Assembly (NCBI GenBank): GCA_051362555.1
Contig: CM120642.1
Coordinates: 22,754,001-22,818,000, forward strand
Source of the DNA: Lingula anatina
Taxonomy: Eukaryota; Animalia; Brachiopoda
Reading direction: 5' to 3'
Length of the DNA stretch: 64,000 nt
In this document: positions 1 to 12,501 of the stretch, one piece after another
Layout: each line of letters opens with the position of its first letter
Numbering within the stretch: the stretch's first letter is position 1
Notes under the pieces: generated by a model
Databases searched by the model: none
The model's input: the letters and a program-made list of their open reading frames with translations, nothing else
Told to the model about the DNA's origin: nothing
Translations under genes and position numbers: made by a program

Positions 1-359
1 ACAACTGCTTGTAGAGAGAAAGCCTCGCTATCTCAACTGACCATCTGGTCACGGCATCATTAATATCCTCACAGGGAGAGCTGTGGTCGACAGTGGGTCG
101 CCACCTCAACAAGTGGCACTTATTTGCCATCCTTGCGCTCGGTTCTCTGCGGGGAGAAGTTGCCTATACTTCATACGTAACACTTTTAATGCAGTTAAAT
201 GCAATAACACAAAGGACTGCCACTAGATAATCACCTTGTAGTGTGAAATATGTGATATTAAAACAAGACCATTTTAACCCTGGCACTAATTCAAATATTT
301 ATTATGACAAAAACAAGCGTAAACAAATAAATGAATGATCTCGAATTTAAGGCACTTAC

Positions 360-440
360 CGCCTTCAGAAACTTTATGGGTCCGTTTAACTTCTTTTCTG
401 GAGGGGATTTAGTTAACCAGCCAGAATAAATGATATCCAT
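360..440 (-). CDS. GAB: GRB2-associated binder (GAB/DOS family) adaptor, first coding exon (start of PH domain); gene continues off the left edge
   Basis: Not in the ORF track. The reverse strand from ATG at 440 reads MDIIYSGWLTKSPPEKKLNGPIKFLKA, followed by a GTAAGT donor (phase 0, 81 nt). SGWLxKSPPEKKL is the characteristic N-terminus of the GAB1/2/3 and DOS PH domain. Confidence 0.85.
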
Positions 441-759
441 ACTAGCTGCGGCCTTCACTGCTGCATCGATGACTTCGTCCCTTCTTCTGATTTGTCATTC
501 TTTGAGAAATGAACAGGAAACTAACTTCGGGACTAAACAGGAAGTTTAATGGCGGAGAGTCGATTAAGTATCCCTGACGTCACCAGAATTTCGTAACGCG
601 CCTGCTGGTTGGTCAATATGGGCAAGTTACATGGTAACTACCAATGAAAAAAGTTTTTTTAATCTAAGGAAGGGGATTTTTTGATATCGGGAAAGGCTAT
701 GTTTACAATCGGTGGAGTGAATAGCAGTGGCCACGATTTTACAAATTTTAACCATATTT
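441..759. promoter_or_regulatory. Bidirectional promoter and 5' UTRs between GAB and calpain-15
   Basis: The two ATGs diverge 320 bp apart. Motifs: ETS CAGGAAGT (538-545), YY1-like AATGGCGG (548-555), palindromic CRE TGACGTCA (575-582), X-box-like GTTACATGGTAAC (626-638) and CCAAT (641-645). Confidence 0.65.
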
Positions 760-3700
760 ATGGGTTCAACTGCCTCTGTACTTCAGTGGAGGTGCAATGA
801 CTGTAATTACCTCAATAGTAAGGACGCTGATGTCTGCTACCGCTGCCTTAAGGTTCGATCAGCAGAGCACTGTACGGACTGTAACTCTCACCTTGTCGAC
901 AATGGGTTGAAAGAGAAAGCAGTTGGGGATTACCAGGGCCAGGAAAGCGTTACTGATGGGTAAATTTGGTTTGATGCCTGTATGACAACTGGTGGGCTAA
1001 TACTGTACTACATGATAATCTTATTAAATCGAGTGCTTTCTTTTAGGTCCGTGGACAGGAGTGTTGGGTTGTGAAAAGGACCGCCCTCTCATGCCCAGGA
1101 TGCCCGCTCTGAATAGAAATTTGATGTAGATTCTACCCCTTTCTTACGTTTTGTCAACTAAGGATGTTTAAAGAGCACACATTTTCAGAAAGAGAACCCC
1201 CGTTGAAACTGCTACCAAAATATAGATCTATCTTTATACTGGTAATGTTGTTATCATGTGACAATGACTCATGTAGAAGGCCACATATTGAACTACTGTC
1301 AGATTTTTTCTATATCTTTTATGCTGACACTGAACTACAGGCTTATACATATTTACTACTGTTTACTTCTTCTTTTCACTTACTTCAGACTAAAGATGGA
1401 GAGAGCTGCAGAAGGACACCTGATTGTCAGAAACAGTCAAATAATCACCAAGGAATGGTGCTGCAAGTACTGTCGCTTCATCAATACACTTACAGTACAA
1501 GTATGCCAGAAGTGTAGCTACCAGAGAGACTTGATTGTCCCTCAGAGTGTTTCCTCAAATAATCCTGATGGTTCATTAAAGGAAAATAAGAAGGATGAAA
1601 AGGTGGCAACAGCTTCTTCAGATAAACCTTTGCCAGGTACAACTGAGGAAAAAATTCAGGATAAAGAAAACACTCTAAAATCTGCTTCAGTCACCAGTAG
1701 CAAAGAATATGAAAGAAGTGACAAAAACAGCTCCACTTTACCTGATTATACAACTCAGAAGATACATTATGCTACTTGCAAATTGGAAGAAAATGATGTT
1801 GAAATGGACTGTGCAGCCACCCCTGTAATTATACAGGTACATGACAAAGAGGACCTACAGGGAAGGAATGGAGCTCGAAAAATATCTCCAACATTTGTAA
1901 ATAGTACAAACATACAGAGTGATACCACTTGTACTTCCATTGGCTCAATCTTATATCCCCCTAGCACAAACTATAAGCCTCCAGTTCCTAATACTGCGAG
2001 ACCTGTGACCACTAATGACAATATTGTCCCAATGCAAAATTCTGAAGGCGACTTTGCTTTTGCAACTTGGAAGTGTAAGAAATGTACATTAGATAATCCA
2101 GTGACTGTAAAGCAGTGTACTGCATGTGACTCCCGTAGAACATCAAGTACCCCAGTGACCTTTCCTTCCAGCTCGGCATTGGCAGTTCAGAACAAGCACC
2201 GCCATCTGGAAAAAAGTAGTTCTGACTCTGCTGTACCCCAAACTTTATGTAGTCTTCCTAAGCAGATACCAAAGTCTAAAGAAAAAAACACATCACAAGA
2301 GTCCCTTCGTGTCAGAGAAGAGAAAGAGAAGACTTGTAAGCACTGCTTATATTCATGCAATCCCCTGTGGCAGAAACAATGTGATATGTGTAATAATCCT
2401 ACAACTACCAAGACCAGTGCTGTAGGTAGTTCCAGACAGAACCCCATTGATCTAACCAGAGGCTCTTATCACTTGTTTTCTCATGAAAAATACCAAGAGC
2501 CTGTTGTTGATCTCACATCGGAAGATGTTGAGATGGAGGAGGATTTTCAACTAGATCCCTCACAGCCTGATCCAGGAACTGATTCTGAGAAGGCTTCTAC
2601 ATGGACATGCACAATGTGCACTTTTAATAACACAGCATTTAATACCAAGTGTGAAATGTGTGACTTCCCGAGACCCCAAGATGTGAAGGAAGACAAATTA
2701 TCACATGGGGAAATGTGGGAGTGCCGTAGATGTACATTACAGAACCCAGTGACTGCACCAGTGTGTGGTGCCTGTCAATCCAAGAAGGAAGTCTTGTTAC
2801 CTAATGCAGATGATATACCTTTAGATTACGATGTATCTCCTCTGAACAGTTCACCAGTGCCAATCACATCCCCTGCATCAACATCAGTGGCAAGATACAA
2901 AACAGCAGCATTAGTGACAACACCACAGAATAAGGCGATTGCAGCTTTGCTTGCAACAGCAGCAAATGCTAAAACATCAGCAACGAACACACATTTACAA
3001 TCAAGTACAACCAAAATGACTGACAGTGAGCAGTCAGTGTCAAAGCACAAAGAACCTGTGGAGTCTGAGTTGCCTCCTCTACCTCTGTCACCATTGTCAA
3101 GTTCTAACCACTTCTCTCGGCCGCAATGGGCATGCACTGTCTGTACCTATGTCAATGACCTGAGTGCAAAGACGTGCCATGTTTGTGGGACTTCAGTACA
3201 GACAGCTGCCCAACTAAATGGTGTCTCTCAGCCCCAGACAAATCATGTGGTAATTTTCAATTAAATATTTTATCCAGTCTCATTACACTCTAAAATAAAA
3301 ATGAATTCAAACATATTGCTAAATTAACACACGGTGTGACCCAATATTTACTTCAATAGCTTTTGTGTGATTTGACTTTTGTTGTTGTATTAAGCATTTG
3401 CATTTTATAATGAAAAAATCAGTATTCGATGATTATTTTAAATTTTATATGTAAAATCTGATTAAGATATGAAAATATGATAATTTTATTGTATGATATA
3501 TTGTTGTTTTGCCAGTCTCCAGGACCAGCCCCTACCTCTCCTCCACCATCAGTACCACTCTCTTCCTTGCTGAGACAGGAGAGTAAACTGATGGAAACTG
3601 TGAGGCATAAGGAAGAAGAGAAAGCTAAGGAAATTTGGGAAGGAATCATTGCATATTGTAAACAGGTACTTAATACTAATGCATGTCTGTAAAACATTAA

Positions 3701-6700
3701 AATCATCACCATTTTTAGATGGAGCTAAAGAGTTTAGAGTCCTTATAATTGTAGATGTCAGTTGCAGCCTTTCTAGCTTTGTGCTGAATACATATATTTT
3801 TCCCTGACTCTCATTTATGTAAATTATCCATCTTTCCACCCATCAAACTACCCAGTTTAGTGGTCTATATGACATTGTCTACACTTCACTTTACTGATTT
3901 AGATAAGCAAATTTTAATTCAGTAGCTTTTGGTCTTTTCCTGTCTTATCAAATTAGAATGACATTGGCTTTCACTGCCTGGCATTGATCATGTTGACATC
4001 AGTTATCAGGAAATTGTTCTGCTTCTTATCACAGGAAGTATGATTAAAACTGGAACTGGGTTTGTGAAATATTTCATTAATTGAACTGAACATTTCAGAG
4101 TAGAGATAAGCCTGTAGATGATAAATACTTTTCTTAATTGCAAGTTTACAGATTTGTGTGTGAAATATTTGATAATACTGAACATCTCAAAGGAGAGCTA
4201 AAGAAATGTGCATGTGGTATTAGTAATCTTTTGGTTTAGAGTCTTTAAAATGAAAACAATAGAAGTGAGGAATGCATAATTTGTTACCAATAAGATCACA
4301 AAAAAGTTAATGAAATAGATTATCATTTTAACCAAATTGTATGATATTTCAGAATAAAGATAGGTTTGTTGATGATCAGTTTCGACCGGGTCCACAGTCT
4401 CTCAACTACAAGCCCCAAGATCACCCTGATTCCCCAGTGATGCAGTGGTTAAGACCACAGGAAGTGGCCTGCAATAGTATGCAAGAGAGGATGACCAACT
4501 GGACTGTATTCAGGAGAAGTCCTATGCCATCAGATATATCACAGGGTGTCCTAGGGAATTGCTGGTATTCCTTTTTGAATTCGCTTTTATTTGCAGTATC
4601 TTCTAGTATAAATCTGTATATTCTAATAATATATGTGTCCTTGTGTATTCATATGTAGGTTCATATGTATGTGTTTGTATACAATCTTTCTTTTTCATGA
4701 ACCTAACAGAGACACTTAAACAGAGCCATGTTTATGTGCTTACAGAACCTAAATCTCCTACTTTTGCATATGCCATAATTTTCAAACCCATTTTAAGGAT
4801 GTCACTCCACATTCAACTACATGTATATACAAGTGCAAACTACCCATGCAGGTATGTTCATGGGGATATTTAAATAGAAGCAGATGGTGTGTCTATGTGC
4901 CCCTCCTGACATTTCAGGTTTCTCAGTGCCTTGGCAGTGCTAGCAGAGAGGCCAGACCTGGTAGAGAAAGTGGTCATTACGCGTGAGGTGTGTCCAGAGG
5001 GAGCATACCAGATAAGGCTGTGTAAAGATGGCCTGTGGACCACTGTCCTGGTGGATGACCTCTTCCCGTGTGATGCCTCTGGAAGGCTAGTCTACTCTCA
5101 GGTGGGGAAAAGTCTGGGTACTTGATCTATTCTGTTTTTGTTATTGTTAGGATATAGATTGTTGAATATACATTTTTTTACACAGTGGTATGGTAATTTT
5201 TTCCTTGACACTGCAATATATTTTTCTTTTCTTTCATATGACAGTGTAACTAATATAGATGTTTCTGCTTTGAAAGAACAATTTTAAATGCCTAAGTTTT
5301 TGTTACTGCTGGGTGTGCAATAGCACAAGTAGACAAATAAGTAGTCAAAATGGCCAAGGGTTATATATAGCACAGAAAAAAGAAGAAATGTCTGTTTAAA
5401 TATCAGTTTTTGGAAAATATAAAACAATGCCCTTGGGCATTTCTTTTAGTTATGCTATTTGATACTATATGGTGGCATTTGGCCAGGTTTTGTGGCAAAA
5501 TATGACTTTAATGTATTTGTGTATAAAAATTCTAATTGTAGGCTAAGAGGCGCCAGCTGTGGGTTCCTTTGATAGAGAAAGCCCTAGCCAAGGTACATGG
5601 CTGTTATGAAGCCCTCATAGCAGGAAGGTGTATAGAGGGCTTGTCCACACTGACTGGGGCGCCTTGTGAGAGTATAGCACTGCATAGTAAGTATGGGATT
5701 ATAGGGAACTTCCCTCAAGGCATTCCAACCCCCCCCCCAGGAAAAAAAGCCTACCACAAATTTAAGATTTGCATGCATTTTATTAATATGTATTGTGTTT
5801 CCTTATGCAATTCCAACATTAATAGTTAATTTGAAGAATCAGAAAGCTCAGATTACAGTCTTTTGCTGGCCCTAAAATGGATAATGAAAGGAAGGAATTA
5901 TCTGATCTTAATCCTGTGCATTTTCACTGTTATCCCAATTACAATTTATTGATAGCAAGCTCTGAACTACTGGAGAAGGGTCAACATCTGTCTGTTTCAG
6001 TCATTTTAATACTAGATTCAGACATAGAGCTGTGAAACACTGTATGGATCTTCAAGTCATTGGAGTTCTTATCACTGAAAATACCCCTTTACAGTGCAGT
6101 ACAGTTATTCGAATATTCTAGTTATATATGGCAGTTCATAAAAATTCCAGGGTGAACATCTTTTATATCATAGTTATTGTCAAAGGTCAATATTTCTGAA
6201 AGCCATTTATTAAGGCTCTGTGAAAACTGCATAATAGTTGTATCTCCAGGGAGTGAAATTTCATATCTCAGTTTTTCTTGTCAGGATACTGATATTCTGA
6301 TTTAGTTTTTCCATCAACTAGAAAAATTATAACTGATGGATACCAATTGAAATATCCTTATGAAGGCCATAATAATCAATAATTGTAATGCAAAATATAG
6401 CATATTCATACTGTACTTTGTGATAAAGATTCTGTTATTGTTGTTATTTTCTCCAGACAGTGGAAGTCCCCATGAAGATCCAGTGGATGCTGACTTCATA
6501 TGGGCACAACTACTCAGCTCCAGAGAATCAGGGTAAAATCAATCAATATCATTATCATATTCCTTTCCATGTATACTTTGCATTTTATTTTAAAAGAATT
6601 TGTGACTTAGTCTTTTGTACTGAATTGGATGTTGTTATCTTATTAGAATAAGCATATGGTATCTCATTTGAGAAGTTCTGTGAACTGAAATGACTTGACA

Positions 6701-9700
6701 TTCTTTATAAATTTGGCCTGGATATCCTGTTGGAATAAAGCCATCAAAGTACGTTTCACCCCTACAGAACTTCCTGGTCTATACATAATACGTGTGTGAG
6801 GCAGCTGTTTGTTATCAGTGCTTGTAAACATTTTGTGTTATTTACTTCCCTGTCTCTTAATCCAGATGTTATCAACAATATAGGGAAATTGGACTTTAAA
6901 ATGGTACAGTAATAAAATATTCACATTTAGGTCATTACTTTAGAAGTAAAAATAAAGTAGAAATACACACATTTTGAGCCGAGTCAGGGGCTAAATTGAG
7001 CCGAGTCAGGGGCTAATATTACCATAACAACCACAAACTAAACTCACCATGGGGCAATCTTGAGTCTTTCAACACAGGCATGATTACATGATTTCATATT
7101 TACTGAAGATTCATTTTAATCTTGTTTTATTTCCAGCTTTCTCATGGGTGCATCTTGTGGTGGAGGCAACATGAATGCCAATGAAGAACTTTATCAAGAC
7201 TTAGGTCTACGTGCTAGACATGCATATTCCATACTTGATGTGCAGAATGTTATTGGGAACAGGTAAGAAACCAAAAGATAATAATTGGTTAGACAGATAA
7301 AAAGATCCATTTTATCATCAAATGCTACGATATTCAATTGCGTCAACAAAATGTTCCATATCTATACATATGTATAATTTACTGGTATAATATTATAAAA
7401 TAATTGACTTTGGATGAGGTCTTCAAAACAACATTAATATTGACCAGAAGGGAATGTCAGTAATTATTTTATTATATAATATAATACCTAAATGTCAACC
7501 TGAAAGTTGCATCATGTCTGTCATCAGACATAATTATATCTGATTGATGATATATTACCTTTAACCTTATTGGTATAAAAGTCAGTTATGTCAGTGGTAA
7601 ATAATATATTTTATCAGACCTTTAATTTCCTGATATAAGATGGGATAAGATCTGTATTTATTGTGTAAAAATCTTTTAAAGACTTTGTTGAATGTTACTT
7701 TAAATGAATCCTGATACACAGAGTTTGAAAATTATTTTTTTTTATTTTGTATAAAAGAATACATATGAATATCAAAATCTTTTTCAGACTTCTGAAAATT
7801 CGTAACCCATGGGGGAGATTTTCTTGGAAGGGCGACTGGTCAGACAGATCCCCCAGGTGGCAAGAAATTGAAAAAACACGAAAAAACCAACTACTGGTTC
7901 ATGGAGGACAGGAAGGAATATTCTGGATGTCACTGGAAGATTTTCTCAGGTATAGGTTTTCCTTTAGTTTTAGATTGTAAGGAGACTATGTTACTGCAAA
8001 AGCACAGGAATGAAATCAAATCCCTTCATTCAATACATAGTGCTTTGACTTGCTAGGTTTTTCTTTTTTGGGAGTTATTGATATGGAAATAATTCAAAAA
8101 CTATTTATTTATATGTTACATTTAAAAATACAAAGATTTGCAATGTCTGTATAAATATTCTGTGCCTGTCCATGTCACCATCATTGTTATCATGGCTGTC
8201 ACAGTCCTACATATTTCTTCAGTGTTCATTGGGGTATTTTTTTATATTTGTTTTAAATATTTCAGCTATTTTGACAGCGTTGATATATGCAAAGTCAAGG
8301 GAGACTGGAGAGAGATGAGACTACAAGGAAGTTTCCCACCAAATGCTAAAGGACCAGTGCAGGTTGCCATGGTTACAGTGTACCAACCAACTGAAATAGA
8401 ATTTGGTCTTTTTCAAGAAGGTTCAAGGTATGTGCTATTGTTACAGTACAATTTGTGCCCATTGTGTCCTCATTTTATACTGTCTTACTTGTTCAACCAA
8501 ATTGCATGTGTATCAAACAGTACAAGCACAGTGAAACTGTATGTAATTTTCATAGTTTCACAGCTAATGCAATGGTGAGAGGCACCTTGCTGTATTGGCT
8601 CTCAGGAAACAGTGCTACAATGTACAAAGGAATCTTGGATTGCGCTTATTTATTATAACTTTATAAACTCTGTAAAATATGTTGGTCACAAACTTTGTTG
8701 GTTGTAAGTTGATGTTATTCAGTAAATAATAACATGGACTTCTTTTGGAAAGTTAACTATCACGTAGACAGACAGGCAGATAAATAGATTACTCTAATTT
8801 ATCTATTAAATACTACATTCCAGAGGCTCAGAGCGTTCTTCCAGGAGTCCTGTAGACCTGTGTCTGGCAGTACTAAGAGCTTCCAGTGATATTCACCATC
8901 CTGTGGGGGTCCTCAAGTCACACAGCAGGCGGCAAGTCCGTAGCTTTACTGGCTGTCATGCCATGTTGGAGGAAGGGCAGTATGTAGTGGTGGGAATGGC
9001 CTTCAACCACTGGGGACCAGGTAGGCGTGTTCTACAGAATGAGGCTAAGGAGGCTATGGAGGCTTTCATGATGAAATATTTACCTGATTATAATGGGATG
9101 TTTGTTATTTATCAAAACTGTTTTTATCTAGTGGAATTTTTAGCTTTTTTTGGAAACACTCACATATTTTTGAGTACAAGATTTTGTGTATTTATTTTCT
9201 AAACAGTTTGTACATGGTTGAGGAGCTAGTTTAAAACAGTTAAGAGAACACAAAGAAAAGATCATGCCTAGATCACAATCATGTGGGCATGTGTGTGCAA
9301 GCACAAACACACACACAAACACACACACACACACACACACACACTTATCCAAAGATGAAATTTATCCAACTGTCGGTGGATTTCTGACTTTTTGAATGGT
9401 GTTGGTGCTTACAACAGTAATGAAAATTTTTCAACTCTCAGTGGATTTTACACTTTTTGATAACCCACTTGAACTTCCCACTTGTACTTCAACTGATTCA
9501 AAATATAGAAGATTCCATGTGACAAAGAAGTATGTTTTTTATCCAGGTGCTAGCCTCCATACTAACTATGTGATGACAGTCCACCATAGCAGCACTCGTT
9601 CAGTGTTGGTAGAACAAGTTGAAGCCCCTAAGACCGTCATTGCAGACACACTGATACAGATGACACTGGCCAAGGGGTCCAGACATGAGGTAGGTACATT

Positions 9701-10767
9701 TCTGATGTTATTTATGTCACAATTCTTGTTTCCTTGCAACACATGAACATAAACAAACCATTTCTTAAAGCCTGAGAAATAATTGATAGTGGTACAACCG
9801 AAGCTCATAATTTACCTTGTCAATGAGATGATTGCAAGTTGTAGAAAAAAGTATGATGCTGAACTCTGGCTCTCAGACCGTAGGAGACAAAATCCACGCC
9901 AAGGTTGGGCTGTTGTTATGCATCTGTGACATTTTGATAAAGTTGCAGATTACTTATAATGGGTCTAAATTTCTCCAAGCAAGAGAAGCTTGAAGTTCCA
10001 CTATTTAACCCACAGTTGGACTTGTGTTATGGTTATAAACTTATATGTTTTGTCTGTATTGTTCCAGGGTCGAGAGGGCATGACAGCGTACTATTTAACC
10101 CATGGTTGGGCTGGCATTGTGGTAGTGATAGAGAACAGGTTTCCAGACAGATGTTTACAAGTGCAATGTGACTGTACAGAGAGTTATAATGTGGTCTCCA
10201 CCAGGGGCTCTCTCATCACACAGGACAGTGTCCCTCCACTACACAGGTAAGGGGCATGGTGAAGCAGTATCAAAGGATGGGCAAGGGATACACTTTACAT
10301 TTGTTAATTTTTGGACAAAAGTTACGTCACCAATTTTAAATTGCTATTCACTTTTTTGGTGAATATTATTACAATCTTTCTTCACTGACAAGTTATTGTC
10401 GTCTCTTGTCTAACTTAAAGATAAGATAAGTGTGTAAAATGTTTGTATATGTTAAAATTTATTATAGGTAAATGTGGTATATACCTGTCTTGAATAAATG
10501 TTTTCAAGTATGTCACAAACTTAGCAATAGATAAAATTTTAATTTGGTAATTATTCTTTGTCCCAGTTCAGAAATTCAGGGACCAGCTTCAGGAGCTAAT
10601 GATGATCATCACAATATTTCTCTTTATTCACCAGTGCTTGATATTAGAGATCAATCAGATAAAATCCATAATGGGAAGTTATTTGCTAGTGAGGGCTGCT
10701 TAAAACTGTTGATAAATTGCTAGAAACCATTATGCCTTCATACACTAGTGTTAATTTACAGTACATT

Positions 10768-10821
<54 letters not shown>

Positions 10822-11019
10822 GATTATATTCTTTTCTACAGGCAAGTTGTTATTGTATTGTCTCAACTGGAAGGAAGTGGAGGTTATTCCATAGCACACA
10901 GACTTGTCCATAGAGTATCCAGCTTCCAAGGGCTCGGGGACTGGGCAGAACCTAATGTCAGCCATGTCCCTACTATAACACAAGAAGTGTATGGACTACA
11001 CATACCAAGACCAATATAA
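760..11019 (+). CDS. CAPN15: Calpain-15 / small optic lobes (SOL, calpain-D), ~1324 aa, 14 exons
   Basis: Exons 760-959, 1389-3249, 3516-3665, 4353-4564, 4918-5101, 5542-5686, 6457-6532, 7137-7262, 7788-7949, 8266-8427, 8824-9020, 9547-9689, 10068-10246 and 10842-11019 are all GT-AG and phase-consistent (3975 nt). The [12 protein letters not shown] N-terminus resembles fly SOL. There are 7 RanBP2-type zinc fingers, a CysPc catalytic triad ([25 protein letters not shown]) and a C-terminal SOL-homology domain ending GLHIPRPI. Confidence 0.96.
6974..7016. repeat. 22-bp direct tandem duplication in a calpain-15 intron
   Basis: TTGAGCCGAGTCAGGGGCTAA(A) occurs twice back to back. Confidence 0.9.
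9304..9344. repeat. (CA)n microsatellite
   Basis: Interrupted CA run seen directly. Confidence 0.9.
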
Positions 11020-12029
11020 TACGTGATCTGGACTGGTCATCAAATTGAGCGAAAGAAAAGAAAATTAGCTGTTAATTACATTCCTATTACTACTGAGGGC
11101 TTATTTATTAATAAGTAATATTATGAATATTTATTTGTATTGTATCTCTTACAGTGTCTAAAACAAAGTTAACTGTAGATTATTAATGAAAGATCTTGCA
11201 GTTCATGATAAGGCTGAACACAAGGTTTATGTTTGCAAGAAAGTAATTATATCAAGAGCCATGTGTATTTGCACAAAAGATAGCAAATATAGTAGGATTT
11301 GACTGGTTAAAGCCATATTTTGGATATATTTTAACTAACTTCAGCAGTCAGATAACAGATGCTCCAGTTTAAAGATGGCTAACTTCATTTTATCATTATC
11401 CTACATCTACTTAAGAAGTTCATGCATAATGTATTCTGATATTGGCAAGAGGTTGTAGTATTGTACATGTTAATAGATCCATTATCATCTATAAAATGTG
11501 TCTGCTTCTGGAAAATTAGCTGTTTCTTTGTGTACATCATATGTCTCTCAAAGAATTATTAATGCCATTTTAACACCAGGGTGATTTGAGCAAGTCATCA
11601 GTACGGATTTCATGGAAAATTTGGTACACAAAATACATGACAAAAATGAGACACTGAACTTGAAAAGAGGTGCCTGCCCAAAAGTGGCATCATCACTCCA
11701 ACGTTTGTGACCGTGGTTTGATTTATTGTATTCCTATAAATCAATTTAATTCATCTTTAAAGAAAAATTAAAATTTATTACATTTTTTTAATATGCCTAA
11801 TGGAATAGAAATCACACCAGTTTGAAAGGGGAGCCTTCAGAAGAAGATAATGGGAGATATTGACAGTAACTGAGTGAACTGTACATTTTCAGCTTTACAT
11901 AGTTCCTTGCATTAAGGGTTTGAAGAATCCTGGTTTCATGTATATGCATCTTTCATAGTTTTACTTTTATCATTTATCATTACTGTCTTTAAGTGAACTA
12001 TTTTTTGTACGTATTCAGAAATATGTTTC

Positions 12030-12035
12030 AATAAA
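12030..12035 (+). terminator. Candidate polyadenylation signal for calpain-15
   Basis: AATAAA about 1 kb downstream of the stop codon, after an AT-rich 3' UTR-like region. Confidence 0.4.
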
Positions 12036-12320
12036 AGGTGAGAAATAATTGTTCAGTTTCCTGTCACTACATGCAGTCAACTGTTTCTATATCATCCTGA
12101 CACAAATCATTTAATAAAATAATTTTAATTTGAAATTGTGCATTACAAATCATTGAACAATATGAACAGGGCCATGATTCTGCACCATAGTGCAGTGTAG
12201 TTTCAAAATAAGATTGGTTTTTAATTTCTGTCGTTTGGTGTAAGAAATTATTAAATATAGGTAAATATTTTTCATGCATACCTATAGTGTCATCCATTGC
12301 AAAAGATAAAAACTGGTTTA

Positions 12321-12501
12321 CTGGCCTGTAGCCAGGGGGGGGGGGGGGGGGGGGTTCGGGGGGTTCGAAAGAACCGCCCCTTTTGCTGGGAAAAGGTGCA
12401 CTGTGGGTAAAATTTGATCTAGGTACATGAAGTTTTTATGGGAAAAGGTTCACTTTTTCAGAAAAAGAACCCCCCTTTTGAAATTGCTGGCTACGGGCCT
12501 G
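12321..12501. mobile_element. 181-bp MITE (non-autonomous DNA transposon) with 15-bp TIRs and a 6-bp TSD
   Basis: Left end CTGGCCTGTAGCCAG matches the reverse complement of the right end CTGGCTACGGGCCTG at 13/15 positions. Both sides are flanked by GGTTTA (12315-12320 and 12502-12507). Internal poly-G/GGTTC and GAACCCCCC segments are complementary. Confidence 0.85.

Noticed and set aside
1164-1388. Hydrophobic N-terminal extension of the 668-aa ORF and the overlapping 117-aa ORF
   Set aside because: This is intron 1 of calpain-15. The real exon begins at the TTCAG| acceptor (1389), in phase with exon 1.
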